NCBI GenBank assembly: GCA_028705995.1
Contig: JAQWCH010000004.1
Coordinates: 11,064-75,063, forward strand
Direction: 5' to 3'
Length of the DNA: 64,000 bases
Source of the DNA: Bacilli bacterium
Lineage (GTDB): Bacteria; Bacillota_I; Bacilli_A; RFN20; CAG-826
Numbering within the stretch: position 1 is the stretch's first letter; each line of letters begins with the position of its first letter. Under the pieces are notes generated by a model. It worked only from the letters and a program-made list of their open reading frames with translations. It was not told the DNA's origin and did not search any database. Below, in pieces: positions 55,915 through 64,000 of this stretch. Both the position numbers and the translations under genes were made by a program.

Positions 55915-58900
55915 TTATTCTTCGTCTTCTAGCTCCGATTTCGGAGCTTTTTGTTTTGGCTTTTTCCGATCATAAAGAAAATAGACGAGGGCAAACGAAC
56001 CAGCCCATAACGCGAAGGTAATTCCACCAACAAGAAGACCTGTACCTAAATAAGGTGTAAAGTAATTTAATTCAACATCAACTGCGCCACTAGGAATGAC
56101 AAAACCAACAAAACCTCCTTGTGTTGGGTAAACTTTCGGCGCCACTACTACTTGGTTTTCATCAATAATTTTAGCGCTCCACCCTTCGTCATAGGGAATG
56201 TTTGTAACTGCAAACCGTGTTTCTGGATAGTTGGTTTGAAAATAATAATGATTGTAGGAATGCGTAATATTATCAAAACCATTGGCTTTTAACCGTTGAT
56301 ATTGATTAATCATTGCGGTTTCCGGTTGAATATAAATTGATGGGGTATTTGCTAAGTTATTCAAATCTTCATTTGCAACTATTACAATAGTTTTCACGGG
56401 TACTGGCGAATAAAAACCACGCATGTATTTGTAACTAGAGTTTATATTATTGTGATCATCAAATGTGATAATCTCATCATTCTCATCAAGCAATAAAATA
56501 CGTACATATTCAGTTGTTCTCATTTTGATTGCGAGATGACTTGCTTCATCAGTAAAATTTGTATTATCTTTCTTGCGGTAGATAATGCCTGTTTTATGTT
56601 TTGTAAGTGTGCTACTTGTCGTCACAGCACAACCATCAATTGCGTCAATATTACTAACGTCGTCATAAGGGAAACCTGATGAACAGTAATATTTCGTTTC
56701 GCTCATCTGACCAATCAGTACACGTGATTGATCACTAACTGCGTATGTGTACTCCGCACTTGTTAAACTAGGATTATCTAAAAGAACTTCTTCCAGATCT
56801 TTTTGATCAAGAATCGCATAGTTCAAGTATTTTTCTTCGTTAACAATTGGTTCCTCAGCGTAATTGCGAAAGAAACGTGAAATTGGAGTAATTTCTTCGC
56901 CATTATCGAAATAATAGTTATGCGCCATAAGCGTGGTATAACTACTGCCAAGTTCAATAAAGTGTTGATTCTCATAAACACGATAACGCTCAGAAGAAAG
57001 TTCTTCTCTTAAGGTGTATCCAAGCGGAACATTATCATATGGGGCAATGATTTCATTTGTGATTTCGCCTGCACTGTTAACGTAAGTTATTTTGCCCTCG
57101 CCCTTATCAATGATGTAATACTTTACACCAAGAAAAGTATCAAGATTATAACGCTTTTCTTGAATCCCCATTGACCAGCCTTCGTGGTTATAATTGACGT
57201 GTGAGAATGAATTAAAATCCATGAGCTTGAAGTTATAAAGCGAATGGAATGCACCTAGACCATTATAGTTTTCGCGCATGCCAATATTGTCGTTACCACG
57301 ATATGAAGAAGATGAAAACATACGGAAGAAACTTGAATCGCTTCCGTTAATGTTTTTAATAATTTCTGTTTCTTCATTTACACGACTTATCCCGCCACCA
57401 ACAGAATTTGTGAATGATACTGTTCCGTGACCAATCATCGTAATATTACCCATCAAAATCGCCTCAAAAACGGTATAAAACAAAATATACTTGCGTAAAT
57501 GCGGCGAAGATTTCGCAAAACGATAGATTAAATAAACGAGTATTAAAGCTAAGAATTCATAAAAAACAATATATTCGCGTTCCGCGAGTTCTCCAAACCG
57601 CGGTCCAGATTGATAAGGGAATGCTGCCTGATAAGTAAGGAATGCTCCGAGGATAAGAATGAAAACCGAAAGATCAAAATACCATATTGGCATTTCTTCG
57701 CGGTGATCAAAATTAATTGCCGTATATGTAATTAAGATTAGCGTTACAAAAATTTGCCAGCGACCATATTCATTCGTAAAACCATGAAGAGCATGATAAG
57801 AGAAAGGAGTAAAAATCGCGAGTACAAGTAAAACTAATGCAACAAAATGCGAAAATTTGCGGTTGCGGATTGAGCGAATAATGCTCGGTACAACCATTAC
57901 CATTACTGGTGTATAAAGGAACAAGCTGGAAATCGTATTATCATAACTGGATGTAGCAAAGATTGGCGAGGAACGATCAGACACAACAGGAAAGAAAAAT
58001 GTCGCAAGTGGGTATAGTTTTTTATATGTATAACTTGTTGATTGCATTTCCCATTTAAAAACATAATCGAAAAACAGTTGCCAGTTTTCTGTATTAAAGG
58101 CTTCTTTAAGATTTTGCAAATATGTTGCTTCGGTCACACGATCACTTTGTAGCGACATCATAACGCCGGGCAATAAAGCAGATGCCGACATCAAAATTCC
58201 TGCAGCAAAGGCAAGTACACCAAAAAGCGGGACAAACAAGAAATCCCAACGTCTAAATGTCTTAATTAATTGGAAGAATCTAAAAATAGCATAAATTACA
58301 CCGACTATACAGGTCGTCACAAGGAAGAAATAGTTTGTAAAACCCATTAAGGCGAGCGCACCCGCTAATAACCAGGGACGCTTTTCTTTTAATACTTTTT
58401 CAATACCAAGGAAGACGAGCGGAAAAACAACCGTCACTTCCATAAAGTGATTAAACCATAAATAGTAAGTGTTCCAACCACAAAAAGCGAAGGCAAAAGC
58501 AAATAATAACGCCGTTTGTGGTTTTACCCCCATATAACGTAAGTAAGCCTTCATTGTGAATGCCGCTAATACAAGTTTGCCAATCATTAATAAAGCAATG
58601 CCTTGGGCGATGAATGGACGTGGTACAAGCAAAATCGGTAAAAAGAAAGGATTTAACGCATAGTAAAACGCATTTGCCCCAATATTATTAACACCAAGAT
58701 TTGTACTGGAATCCCATAAAGGAAATTCGCCAGTTTTGAAAAAATGCCACCAATCATCGTATCCATTTGTATAAAACGGTATTGTCTGCTGGGTATAATC
58801 GCCGCCAAGCGGAACCGTAAATTGGTTATTAACCAGCGCGACAGCAAAGTAGCTAATTGCAATCATCGTTAGAAATAGCAAATAATACTTCCAACTACCA

Positions 58901-59436
58901 ATCGAAAAATTATGGAAAAACATATTCCAATCACGTTTAAAGCGGGTAGCAAAGCCGCTGCCTTGTAAAACAATTGGTGCTTGATGCTCTTCTACTTCGC
59001 TAATTATTTCCGGTCGACGAAATTCAACCACTATCTGGCTTGTTATACTGATTGCTTTAAGCAAAGCACCAAACAATGATAAAAACAAAAATACAATCGT
59101 TAATGAAGTAAAACCCGGTAATGCAACAAATGCGTTCGCCAAGAGCGAAGCCCAATTACCGATTAAATAAATTGCGATTACACCAACTAAAAGCGGTGAT
59201 AAAACTACACGCCAATATTTATGGAGAATTCTTTTCTCATAAAATAATGCAAAAAGCGCGCCCGACCATCCAAGCATGAGAATAGTTAATGTAATGATTA
59301 TTCCAAGCGTTAATCTGGTTGTCACAAATTTAACGTGTAACGACATCCACAAAATAGCGAGCAAACTTAAAAGCGCGCTTGCTAAAAACGCGTAATTAGA
59401 AATCTTTGATAGTTTTTGCTGTTTTTGCTTTGTCAT
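55915..59436 (-). CDS. YfhO-family GT-C-type membrane glycosyltransferase with a ~170-aa N-terminal polytopic extension
   Basis: 1173 aa. From about residue 172 (MFFHNFSIGSWKYY...VPLGGDYTQQTIPFY...FPLWDSSTNLG...ALNPFF) it looks like the YfhO N-terminus. Many TM helices and a large extracytoplasmic domain follow. Residues 1-170 add 4-5 extra helices. Confidence 0.7.
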   Translation of the reverse strand: MTKQKQQKLSKISNYAFLASALLSLLAILWMSLHVKFVTTRLTLGIIITLTILMLGWSGALFALFYEKRILHKYWRVVLSPLLVGVIAIYLIGNWASLLANAFVALPGFTSLTIVFLFLSLFGALLKAISITSQIVVEFRRPEIISEVEEHQAPIVLQGSGFATRFKRDWNMFFHNFSIGSWKYYLLFLTMIAISYFAVALVNNQFTVPLGGDYTQQTIPFYTNGYDDWWHFFKTGEFPLWDSSTNLGVNNIGANAFYYALNPFFLPILLVPRPFIAQGIALLMIGKLVLAAFTMKAYLRYMGVKPQTALLFAFAFAFCGWNTYYLWFNHFMEVTVVFPLVFLGIEKVLKEKRPWLLAGALALMGFTNYFFLVTTCIVGVIYAIFRFFQLIKTFRRWDFLFVPLFGVLAFAAGILMSASALLPGVMMSLQSDRVTEATYLQNLKEAFNTENWQLFFDYVFKWEMQSTSYTYKKLYPLATFFFPVVSDRSSPIFATSSYDNTISSLFLYTPVMVMVVPSIIRSIRNRKFSHFVALVLLVLAIFTPFSYHALHGFTNEYGRWQIFVTLILITYTAINFDHREEMPIWYFDLSVFILILGAFLTYQAAFPYQSGPRFGELAEREYIVFYEFLALILVYLIYRFAKSSPHLRKYILFYTVFEAILMGNITMIGHGTVSFTNSVGGGISRVNEETEIIKNINGSDSSFFRMFSSSSYRGNDNIGMRENYNGLGAFHSLYNFKLMDFNSFSHVNYNHEGWSMGIQEKRYNLDTFLGVKYYIIDKGEGKITYVNSAGEITNEIIAPYDNVPLGYTLREELSSERYRVYENQHFIELGSSYTTLMAHNYYFDNGEEITPISRFFRNYAEEPIVNEEKYLNYAILDQKDLEEVLLDNPSLTSAEYTYAVSDQSRVLIGQMSETKYYCSSGFPYDDVSNIDAIDGCAVTTSSTLTKHKTGIIYRKKDNTNFTDEASHLAIKMRTTEYVRILLLDENDEIITFDDHNNINSSYKYMRGFYSPVPVKTIVIVANEDLNNLANTPSIYIQPETAMINQYQRLKANGFDNITHSYNHYYFQTNYPETRFAVTNIPYDEGWSAKIIDENQVVVAPKVYPTQGGFVGFVIPSGAVDVELNYFTPYLGTGLLVGGITFALWAGSFALVYFLYDRKKPKQKAPKSELEDEE

Positions 59437-59455
59437 ACTTTAATACTAAAACTAA

Positions 59456-59842
59456 TTATTCCTCATCTCCACTTGATTGTGCGGGGGGAACATCCTCACT
59501 AACGGCTTCGATATTATGAATTCCGATTGTGTCCGATAAAGGCAACGAAAAAGCAATCCCTTGCCCCGGTGTATCTAGACCCGCTCCGCGATAAATGGCG
59601 GTGAGTACTTCTGCTTCTTTGGCCTTTTCTACTACGATAAAAACTAAATCTTTTTCTGGATGAATTAAAATGCCGAAAGTTTTTTCGATTTCTTTGTTTC
59701 CAGTTCCCCGTCCATGGAGCACTGTTCCTCCGGTCGCACCAACGCGTTTTGCAGAATCCATTACAAGATCAACGAAGCCCGCATTGACAACGGTGACGAT
59801 TAAAACAGCATCTGGTTTGTTATTCATAAACTTTTCCTCCAA
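59456..59842 (-). CDS. PII (GlnB)-like signal-transduction protein, copy 2
   Basis: 128 aa (or 123 aa if it starts at the ATG at 59827). The ferredoxin-like beta-alpha-beta x2 pattern reads AVLIVTVVN / GFVDLVMDSAKRVGA / GGTVLHGRGTG (T-loop base) / DLVFIVVEK / AEVLTAIYRGAGL / DTPGQGIAFSLPL. Confidence 0.65.
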   Translation of the reverse strand: MEEKFMNNKPDAVLIVTVVNAGFVDLVMDSAKRVGATGGTVLHGRGTGNKEIEKTFGILIHPEKDLVFIVVEKAKEAEVLTAIYRGAGLDTPGQGIAFSLPLSDTIGIHNIEAVSEDVPPAQSSGDEE

Positions 59843-60242
59843 GTGTCTTCGGTGAATTTGTTAGATATTTATAATTAGTTAGACCAATCAATGCACGTAA
59901 CGGAATCGTAAAAGCAATGCCTTTTTCTTTTTTTGCAATAATAAACCGTTGCTCAATAAAAGGCAAAATCTTATTGAGTGCTGTAGCGGTCGCTACCGCG
60001 AAAACAATATCTTTTTTGTTATCGTCAAGTCCAAGAATTTCTAATAAATCAATGGGAACCGTTCCAGAACCACGATCCAAGATTTGTAGTGCAACCCCTG
60101 TCGTTTTGTTGAAATTAATAAAAACATTTCCATAACCAGCGGGAACAATAATCACTAACAGTTTCATCGCTTCAAAATTTAATTGTTTTGTTTCTTTTAC
60201 ATCTAATTTGGAAGCTGTCTGGATGACTTCTTGATTCTTCAT
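59820..60242 (-). CDS. PII-like protein, copy 1 (divergent, with a 25-aa N-terminal extension)
   Basis: 140 aa with an ATGA overlap with the upstream membrane gene. The fold pattern matches copy 2 (KLLVIIVPAGYG.../ QILDRGSGT / DIVFAVA / KGIAFTIPL), but key loop residues differ. Confidence 0.55.
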   Translation of the reverse strand: MKNQEVIQTASKLDVKETKQLNFEAMKLLVIIVPAGYGNVFINFNKTTGVALQILDRGSGTVPIDLLEILGLDDNKKDIVFAVATATALNKILPFIEQRFIIAKKEKGIAFTIPLRALIGLTNYKYLTNSPKTLGGKVYE

Positions 60243-61768
60243 GAGTTAGCCTCCTCCGGTAGAAAATAAATAATTAATTCATCATCGGCTTCAAACACGC
60301 GACGAAAAGCAAGACGCATTTGCATCTTCTCACGAATAATCGTTGAGAAACCTAAGGTTTGAATCGAAATCAGTGGAAGCATTGCAACAAGAGCAACTGT
60401 TCCTAGCGCATACAAAACTAAATCTGAACTTGTTATGCCCGGCATGCCGAGCGCAATACCCGCGACAAACGGAGTGACAAAAGACGCTGTCATTGGTCCG
60501 CTAATTGCCCCACCAGAATCGAAAGCAATACCTGTATAAATATTTGGAACAAGCTGCGTGAGGATTAAAGCAAGCGCATATCCCGGCACTAAGAAATACA
60601 TAATTGAAAATTGATACTTGATTCGCAGTAATGACAAAATAATCGAAATACCTAAACCAAGTGAAAGCGTTAATAACATGAGACGAAAAGAAATTGCTCC
60701 ATCAGAAACTTCTTCTACTTGTCGACTAAGAACATGTACAGCGGGTTCGGCGATTGCCGAAACAATTCCAAACACAAATCCGATAAGTAAAATAAGCATA
60801 AAGTCGCCTTGGCCAAGTTGATCACCAATTTTTAGCCCGATTGGTACATACCCCATCGATGCCCCTGTCAAAAAGAAAATTAAACCAATAAATGTAAATG
60901 CAATACCAATTACAATCCGGCTTACTTGTCTTTTAGGTAAACGTACGTTGAAATGTTGAAAAATAAGAAAAAAGATAACCAGTGGACCAAGAACGATAAT
61001 CGAATTAGCGGCATTTTCGCCAGAGTATTTCCAAATGTCGGCCAAGATTGTTGTGTCTATTACTGTTTCAACTTGATAAATCGGCCGCTCAACCATAAAA
61101 ATTCCCATAATCACAACCGCTAAAATTGGTCCCATCGAAGCTCCACCAAGTAGACCAAAACTATCTTCATGGGTTTTTTGTCCACCAGCATTTTTTGCCG
61201 CACCTTGACCAATTGCCATAAATAGCGGGACAGTAAGTAAACCAGTTGTTGCGCCCGAGGCGTCAAACGCCATCGGAATGTAGCCTTCGTCGACAAAATA
61301 AATCAACATGAAAATGAGCCCATATCCGAGCACGAACATCATTGACTGTGACCATTGAAAAATAATTCTTAGTAAAGAAAAAACAAGGAAAACGCCAATG
61401 CCAAGACTAACAAAAATCACGAATGTCCATGTTTCAATCGGCACTTGTGTTCCAAGAATTGTGACACCAGGCTCCACAAGCGTGACTAATAAACCAATTA
61501 CAAAAATAATAATGATCAGTAATACGAGTTTACCTTTTTTGATTACGGTCGCCCCAATGTATTCTCCCATCGGTAACATTGCGCCATTAGTACCAATGTT
61601 AAATAGCATCATACCAATAACAAGAAAAACAAAAGCTATTACCAACCGCCAATAGTCTTCGCTATTAAGTTGGATAATAGAAAATAACGCAAGCACAACC
61701 ACAGCAAAAGTAAGGGGAAGTATTGAAAGCAGCGATTCTTTAAAGTTTTTTAAAAGTGCTTTACCCAT
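60239..61768 (-). CDS. Polytopic membrane protein made of two fused DUF1538-type repeats
   Basis: 509 aa with about 14 hydrophobic segments. Two homologous halves each contain the helix-break motif (VTLVEPGVTILGTQV at ~res 95; SAIAEPAVHVLSRQVEEV at ~res 340), which I recognise from the DUF1538 family. Confidence 0.6.
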   Translation of the reverse strand: MGKALLKNFKESLLSILPLTFAVVVLALFSIIQLNSEDYWRLVIAFVFLVIGMMLFNIGTNGAMLPMGEYIGATVIKKGKLVLLIIIIFVIGLLVTLVEPGVTILGTQVPIETWTFVIFVSLGIGVFLVFSLLRIIFQWSQSMMFVLGYGLIFMLIYFVDEGYIPMAFDASGATTGLLTVPLFMAIGQGAAKNAGGQKTHEDSFGLLGGASMGPILAVVIMGIFMVERPIYQVETVIDTTILADIWKYSGENAANSIIVLGPLVIFFLIFQHFNVRLPKRQVSRIVIGIAFTFIGLIFFLTGASMGYVPIGLKIGDQLGQGDFMLILLIGFVFGIVSAIAEPAVHVLSRQVEEVSDGAISFRLMLLTLSLGLGISIILSLLRIKYQFSIMYFLVPGYALALILTQLVPNIYTGIAFDSGGAISGPMTASFVTPFVAGIALGMPGITSSDLVLYALGTVALVAMLPLISIQTLGFSTIIREKMQMRLAFRRVFEADDELIIYFLPEEANS

Positions 61769-61815
61769 GTGGTCTCCTTACTAAATGTTTTTTTATTAAT
61801 ATGCTTATTTATTAT

Positions 61816-61845
61816 ACAAAAATAGCGGGTTAAAAGAAACCACGC
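61816..61845 (-). terminator. Possible terminator after the pseudouridine synthase gene
   Basis: On the minus strand, GCGTGGTT-TCTT-AACCCGC forms 7 bp with one bulge, followed by TATTTTT. A TATAAT for the downstream operon follows immediately (61816-61811). Confidence 0.4.
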
Positions 61846-61874
61846 TTAGAGACAAAAAAATTAGGAAAAATAAT

Positions 61875-62792
61875 TTATTTTTGAAATATTTTATTGAATT
61901 CTGCTGGTAAAGGAGCGTTAATTTTAACAATTTTGCCCGTTATTGGATGCACTAAGGATAATTGATATGCATGAAGGCCTAAACGATTAAGTGGATTTTC
62001 TCCGCTTTCATACTTTTCATCACCAATAAGCGGGTAGCCAAAGTGTTTAAGTTGTACCCGAATTTGATTTTTTTTACCAGTTTCGATATTAACATCGAGC
62101 AAAGCAAATTTTTCGTTATCTTTAATAACTTGATAATTCGTGATTGCAAGCACACTGCCTGGCGACCGTTTACCAACATACATTAATGAAGTTGAGTTTG
62201 TAAAAAGATAGTCTTTCAACGTGCCGTTCGCCGGTGTTGGCACACCAATCGTAATCGCATAATAACCGCGTTTACGCACTAGCTGATTCCATTTTTTTTG
62301 GAGAATGTTGCGAATTTCATTATCTTTTGCAAAAAGCAAAACGCCACTTGTTTCTTTATCAAGTCGGTGCACAACAAATATACGTGTATGGGGATCTTTT
62401 AATTGTACATAGTCATTAACTAAGCGATAAGCCGTTATGTTTTTTTCTTGATCGCTTGCCACCGAAAGCAAACCAGCTGGTTTATTAATGGCAACTAACT
62501 GTTCATCTTCATAAAGCACTTTAAGTTTAATTTTGCTCGTAACGCGTTTAATTGGGCGATCTTCAACACGGATAATATCTCCGGGCGATAGCAAAAAATC
62601 AAATTGACGGATTGGAGCGCCATTGACGGTAATTTGTCCCCGCGCTAGATATGCTTTTAGATTATTCCGACTCTCATTAGTGATTGCCAACAACAAAAAT
62701 TCCAGTAATCCCAAGCGCTTATTAGCAATTACTTCATGTTTAACTTTGTCTTTAAAGCGCGGGGGCTTATGCGTCTTTGGTTTCTTGTTCAT
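61875..62792 (-). CDS. RluA/RluD-family pseudouridine synthase with an N-terminal S4 domain
   Basis: Trimmed to the ATG at 62792 (MNKKPKTHKPPRF). It has an S4-like segment and the catalytic motif HRLDKETSGVLLFAK. Confidence 0.85.
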   Translation of the reverse strand: MNKKPKTHKPPRFKDKVKHEVIANKRLGLLEFLLLAITNESRNNLKAYLARGQITVNGAPIRQFDFLLSPGDIIRVEDRPIKRVTSKIKLKVLYEDEQLVAINKPAGLLSVASDQEKNITAYRLVNDYVQLKDPHTRIFVVHRLDKETSGVLLFAKDNEIRNILQKKWNQLVRKRGYYAITIGVPTPANGTLKDYLFTNSTSLMYVGKRSPGSVLAITNYQVIKDNEKFALLDVNIETGKKNQIRVQLKHFGYPLIGDEKYESGENPLNRLGLHAYQLSLVHPITGKIVKINAPLPAEFNKIFQK

Positions 62793-63141
62793 CGTTTTTC
62801 TTTTCAGCCCAGCGTGCGTATAAATGTAAATGCATGCGTGGCATGATAGCATCGCTAAACCGTTCATCTAAGCGGGCGGTTAAATACCAGCCAAGAAATT
62901 CACGATTCTTTTCATCATGGGGAGCATCTAAAGGTAAATCTTTATATTCCGTACGCGCTTTAACTTTCTTAATATCAATAATGTGATTATCACTGTGGTA
63001 AGTGATTGTATATTTTTTGAAGAAATACCAATACCACCACCAAATAAACGCCAGTAAGGCAAGAATGCCTAAAAACAGCCAGGATTGCCAAGGCTTTTCA
63101 AATAATCCACTTGTATTTTCACTTGTTAAAAATAACATCAT
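62767..63141 (-). CDS. Small membrane-anchored protein with one Flg_new / InlB B-repeat-type module
   Basis: 124 aa with one Trp-rich TM helix (LALLAFIWWWYWYFF). The module YTITYHSDNH...REFLGWYLTARLDERF...MHLYARW matches the Listeria-Bacteroides repeat pattern (Y.V.F....GY.F.GWY.......LYA.W). Confidence 0.55.
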   Translation of the reverse strand: MMLFLTSENTSGLFEKPWQSWLFLGILALLAFIWWWYWYFFKKYTITYHSDNHIIDIKKVKARTEYKDLPLDAPHDEKNREFLGWYLTARLDERFSDAIMPRMHLHLYARWAEKKNDEQETKDA

Positions 63142-63500
63142 AAACTAGTCTCCTCACTAATAAGAGAACATAAGCGAATTGCCACCACGCCAAAACGCAA
63201 CTCATCCCATGGTTGATAAATCGTATACATGAATTTGACCATTTCATCGATTGGTGTTTCTTTAGGAAACCCAAATACTTCAGACGGAAATTGCCGAAAA
63301 AGTGCTTGAAAATTTGGATAGATAAATAAATCTTTAATTACAGCATCATAGCTTTCGCCGCTATCTTCATCGGTGAAAGTAATGATATCTCCTCGATTGA
63401 ATTGCCGCCGTTTCGCATCATATAAACGAACTTCGAGACATTTCTCACCTTTGGTAATTTTTTCAAAGAATTGATGACGGATTTTCATCCAATGATTCAT
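63138..63500 (-). CDS. ASCH-domain (PUA-like) protein
   Basis: Trimmed to the ATG at 63500. KIRHQFFEKITKGEKCLEVRLYDAKRRQFNRGDIITF is typical of ASCH domains. An ATGA overlap joins it to the next gene. Confidence 0.6.
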   Translation of the reverse strand: MNHWMKIRHQFFEKITKGEKCLEVRLYDAKRRQFNRGDIITFTDEDSGESYDAVIKDLFIYPNFQALFRQFPSEVFGFPKETPIDEMVKFMYTIYQPWDELRFGVVAIRLCSLISEETSL

Positions 63501-63784
63501 GTACTGACTCTCTCTTTTGACCACTTCTGGTCTATTCGCTATTTTAACACATTATAATTACTCTGCTTTGCATAATAATTATATTTCTAAAAAGAATTAT
63601 TCTTTTTATGGTTTTTTATAAATTTTATTTGTAAATATTTGTTTAAAGAAGGAAAAAATCACAATTACATTTTTCCATTATATTGTAAAGAATTCGAACT
63701 ATTTTATCTATTTGCACTTAAATGACAGTTTTTTGGGGTTTTTTTCGACTTTTATCGTTGTTGAATGTTTTTAAAAAAAGGGGT

Positions 63785-63813
63785 TGTTATTCTATTGTGA
63801 TTGTATTAATATA
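63785..63813 (+). promoter_or_regulatory. Candidate promoter reading into the GC-rich segment at the window edge
   Basis: TTGTTA (63785-63790), a 17-nt spacer, then TAATAT (63808-63813). Confidence 0.3.
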
Positions 63814-63820
63814 CATGCAC

Positions 63821-64000
63821 AACAGTTTCCTTAGGAACTGTTCTCACTATCAATGATGGACGATCTGCGTTGATAGCGGGCTCAGCGCAAGCTTGGTAGG
63901 TAGATGAAAAAGACCTATCCTTGGGGATTTGATCACCCTCAGGCACCAATTATGCGATAGGCACTCGCTTGTCGGTCTCGCTGTCGTTCACGAACCGATG
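63821..64000. ncRNA. Unassigned GC-rich, helix-rich non-coding segment (candidate structured RNA or 5' leader, truncated by the window end)
   Basis: No long ORF is open in any frame that I translated. Composition jumps from very AT-rich (63525-63800) to roughly balanced. Helices found by hand are 63822-63843 (acagtttcc/ggaactgt), 63848-54 with 63871-77 (ctatcaa/ttgatag), 63867-70 with 63887-90 (tgcg/cgca, interleaved with the previous helix), and 63896-902 with 63914-21. Confidence 0.35.

Noticed and set aside
63905-63961. An 18-codon ORF (MKKTYPWGFDHPQAPIMR) inside the GC-rich edge segment, considered as a possible leader peptide.
   Set aside because: It has no convincing RBS spacing and no repeated regulatory codons. 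It is likely a chance ORF, although it could be revisited if the downstream gene suggests attenuation.
1-64000. A search for CRISPR arrays, IS elements or transposases, integrases, rRNA genes and long tandem or inverted repeats.
   Set aside because: None was seen by visual inspection of the intergenic regions and the ORF translations. This is a by-eye result and should be confirmed computationally.

Overview
AT-rich, densely packed chromosomal segment from a low-GC Gram-positive-lineage bacterium (Firmicutes/Mollicutes-like). This rests on conserved gene strings: dnaX-ybaB-recR-tmk-holB-yaaT-rsmI, prfA-prmC-tsaC-rpiB, secA-prfB and comFA-comFC. A prfB gene with the classical CTT TGA C +1 frameshift site shows that UGA is a stop codon, so translation table 11 applies, not the mycoplasma code. 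I support about 62 CDS (one truncated at the left edge), one gene fragment, one tRNA-Ala(CGC), several intrinsic terminators and a few promoters. I saw no rRNA, CRISPR array, transposase or intact prophage. Many neighbouring genes are joined by TAATG or ATGA stop/start overlaps, which suggests long translationally coupled operons.

Content by region:
- 1-7.9 kb: ECF transporter ATPases, dCMP deaminase, GH13 glucosidase and amylase, folT-like/folC, smpB.
- 7.9-15.2 kb: a surface-glycan locus with a phosphoglycosyl transferase, a Wzy/ligase-like protein, a CapF-like enzyme, an IspD-like plus SDR pair, galE and an ATP-grasp ligase.
- 15.4-19 kb: miscellaneous redox and metal genes, including a CBS-nitroreductase fusion.
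- 19-21.6 kb: a LacI-type regulator divergent from a neopullulanase-type GH13.
- 21.6-22.8 kb: a deoxynucleoside kinase plus a degenerate paralogue.
- 23.2-27.8 kb: a TrxB-fusion and thioredoxin pair divergent from nrdDG.
- 27.8-29 kb: a small scar region with the tRNA and a DUF4143 fragment.
- 29-55.9 kb: DNA repair, translation and secretion housekeeping genes.
- 55.9-63.5 kb: a giant YfhO-family protein, then a double-DUF1538 membrane protein with two PII-like proteins.

Best leads for undescribed biology:
1. The DUF1538/PII-like/PII-like operon.
2. A divergent ThyX-fold protein that overlaps folD.
3. A TrxR fused to a cysteine-less glutaredoxin-like domain, together with a WCPDC thioredoxin, next to class III RNR genes.
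4. A GC-rich, apparently structured non-coding segment at the right edge.

All functional calls come from motif recognition by eye. No searches were run.
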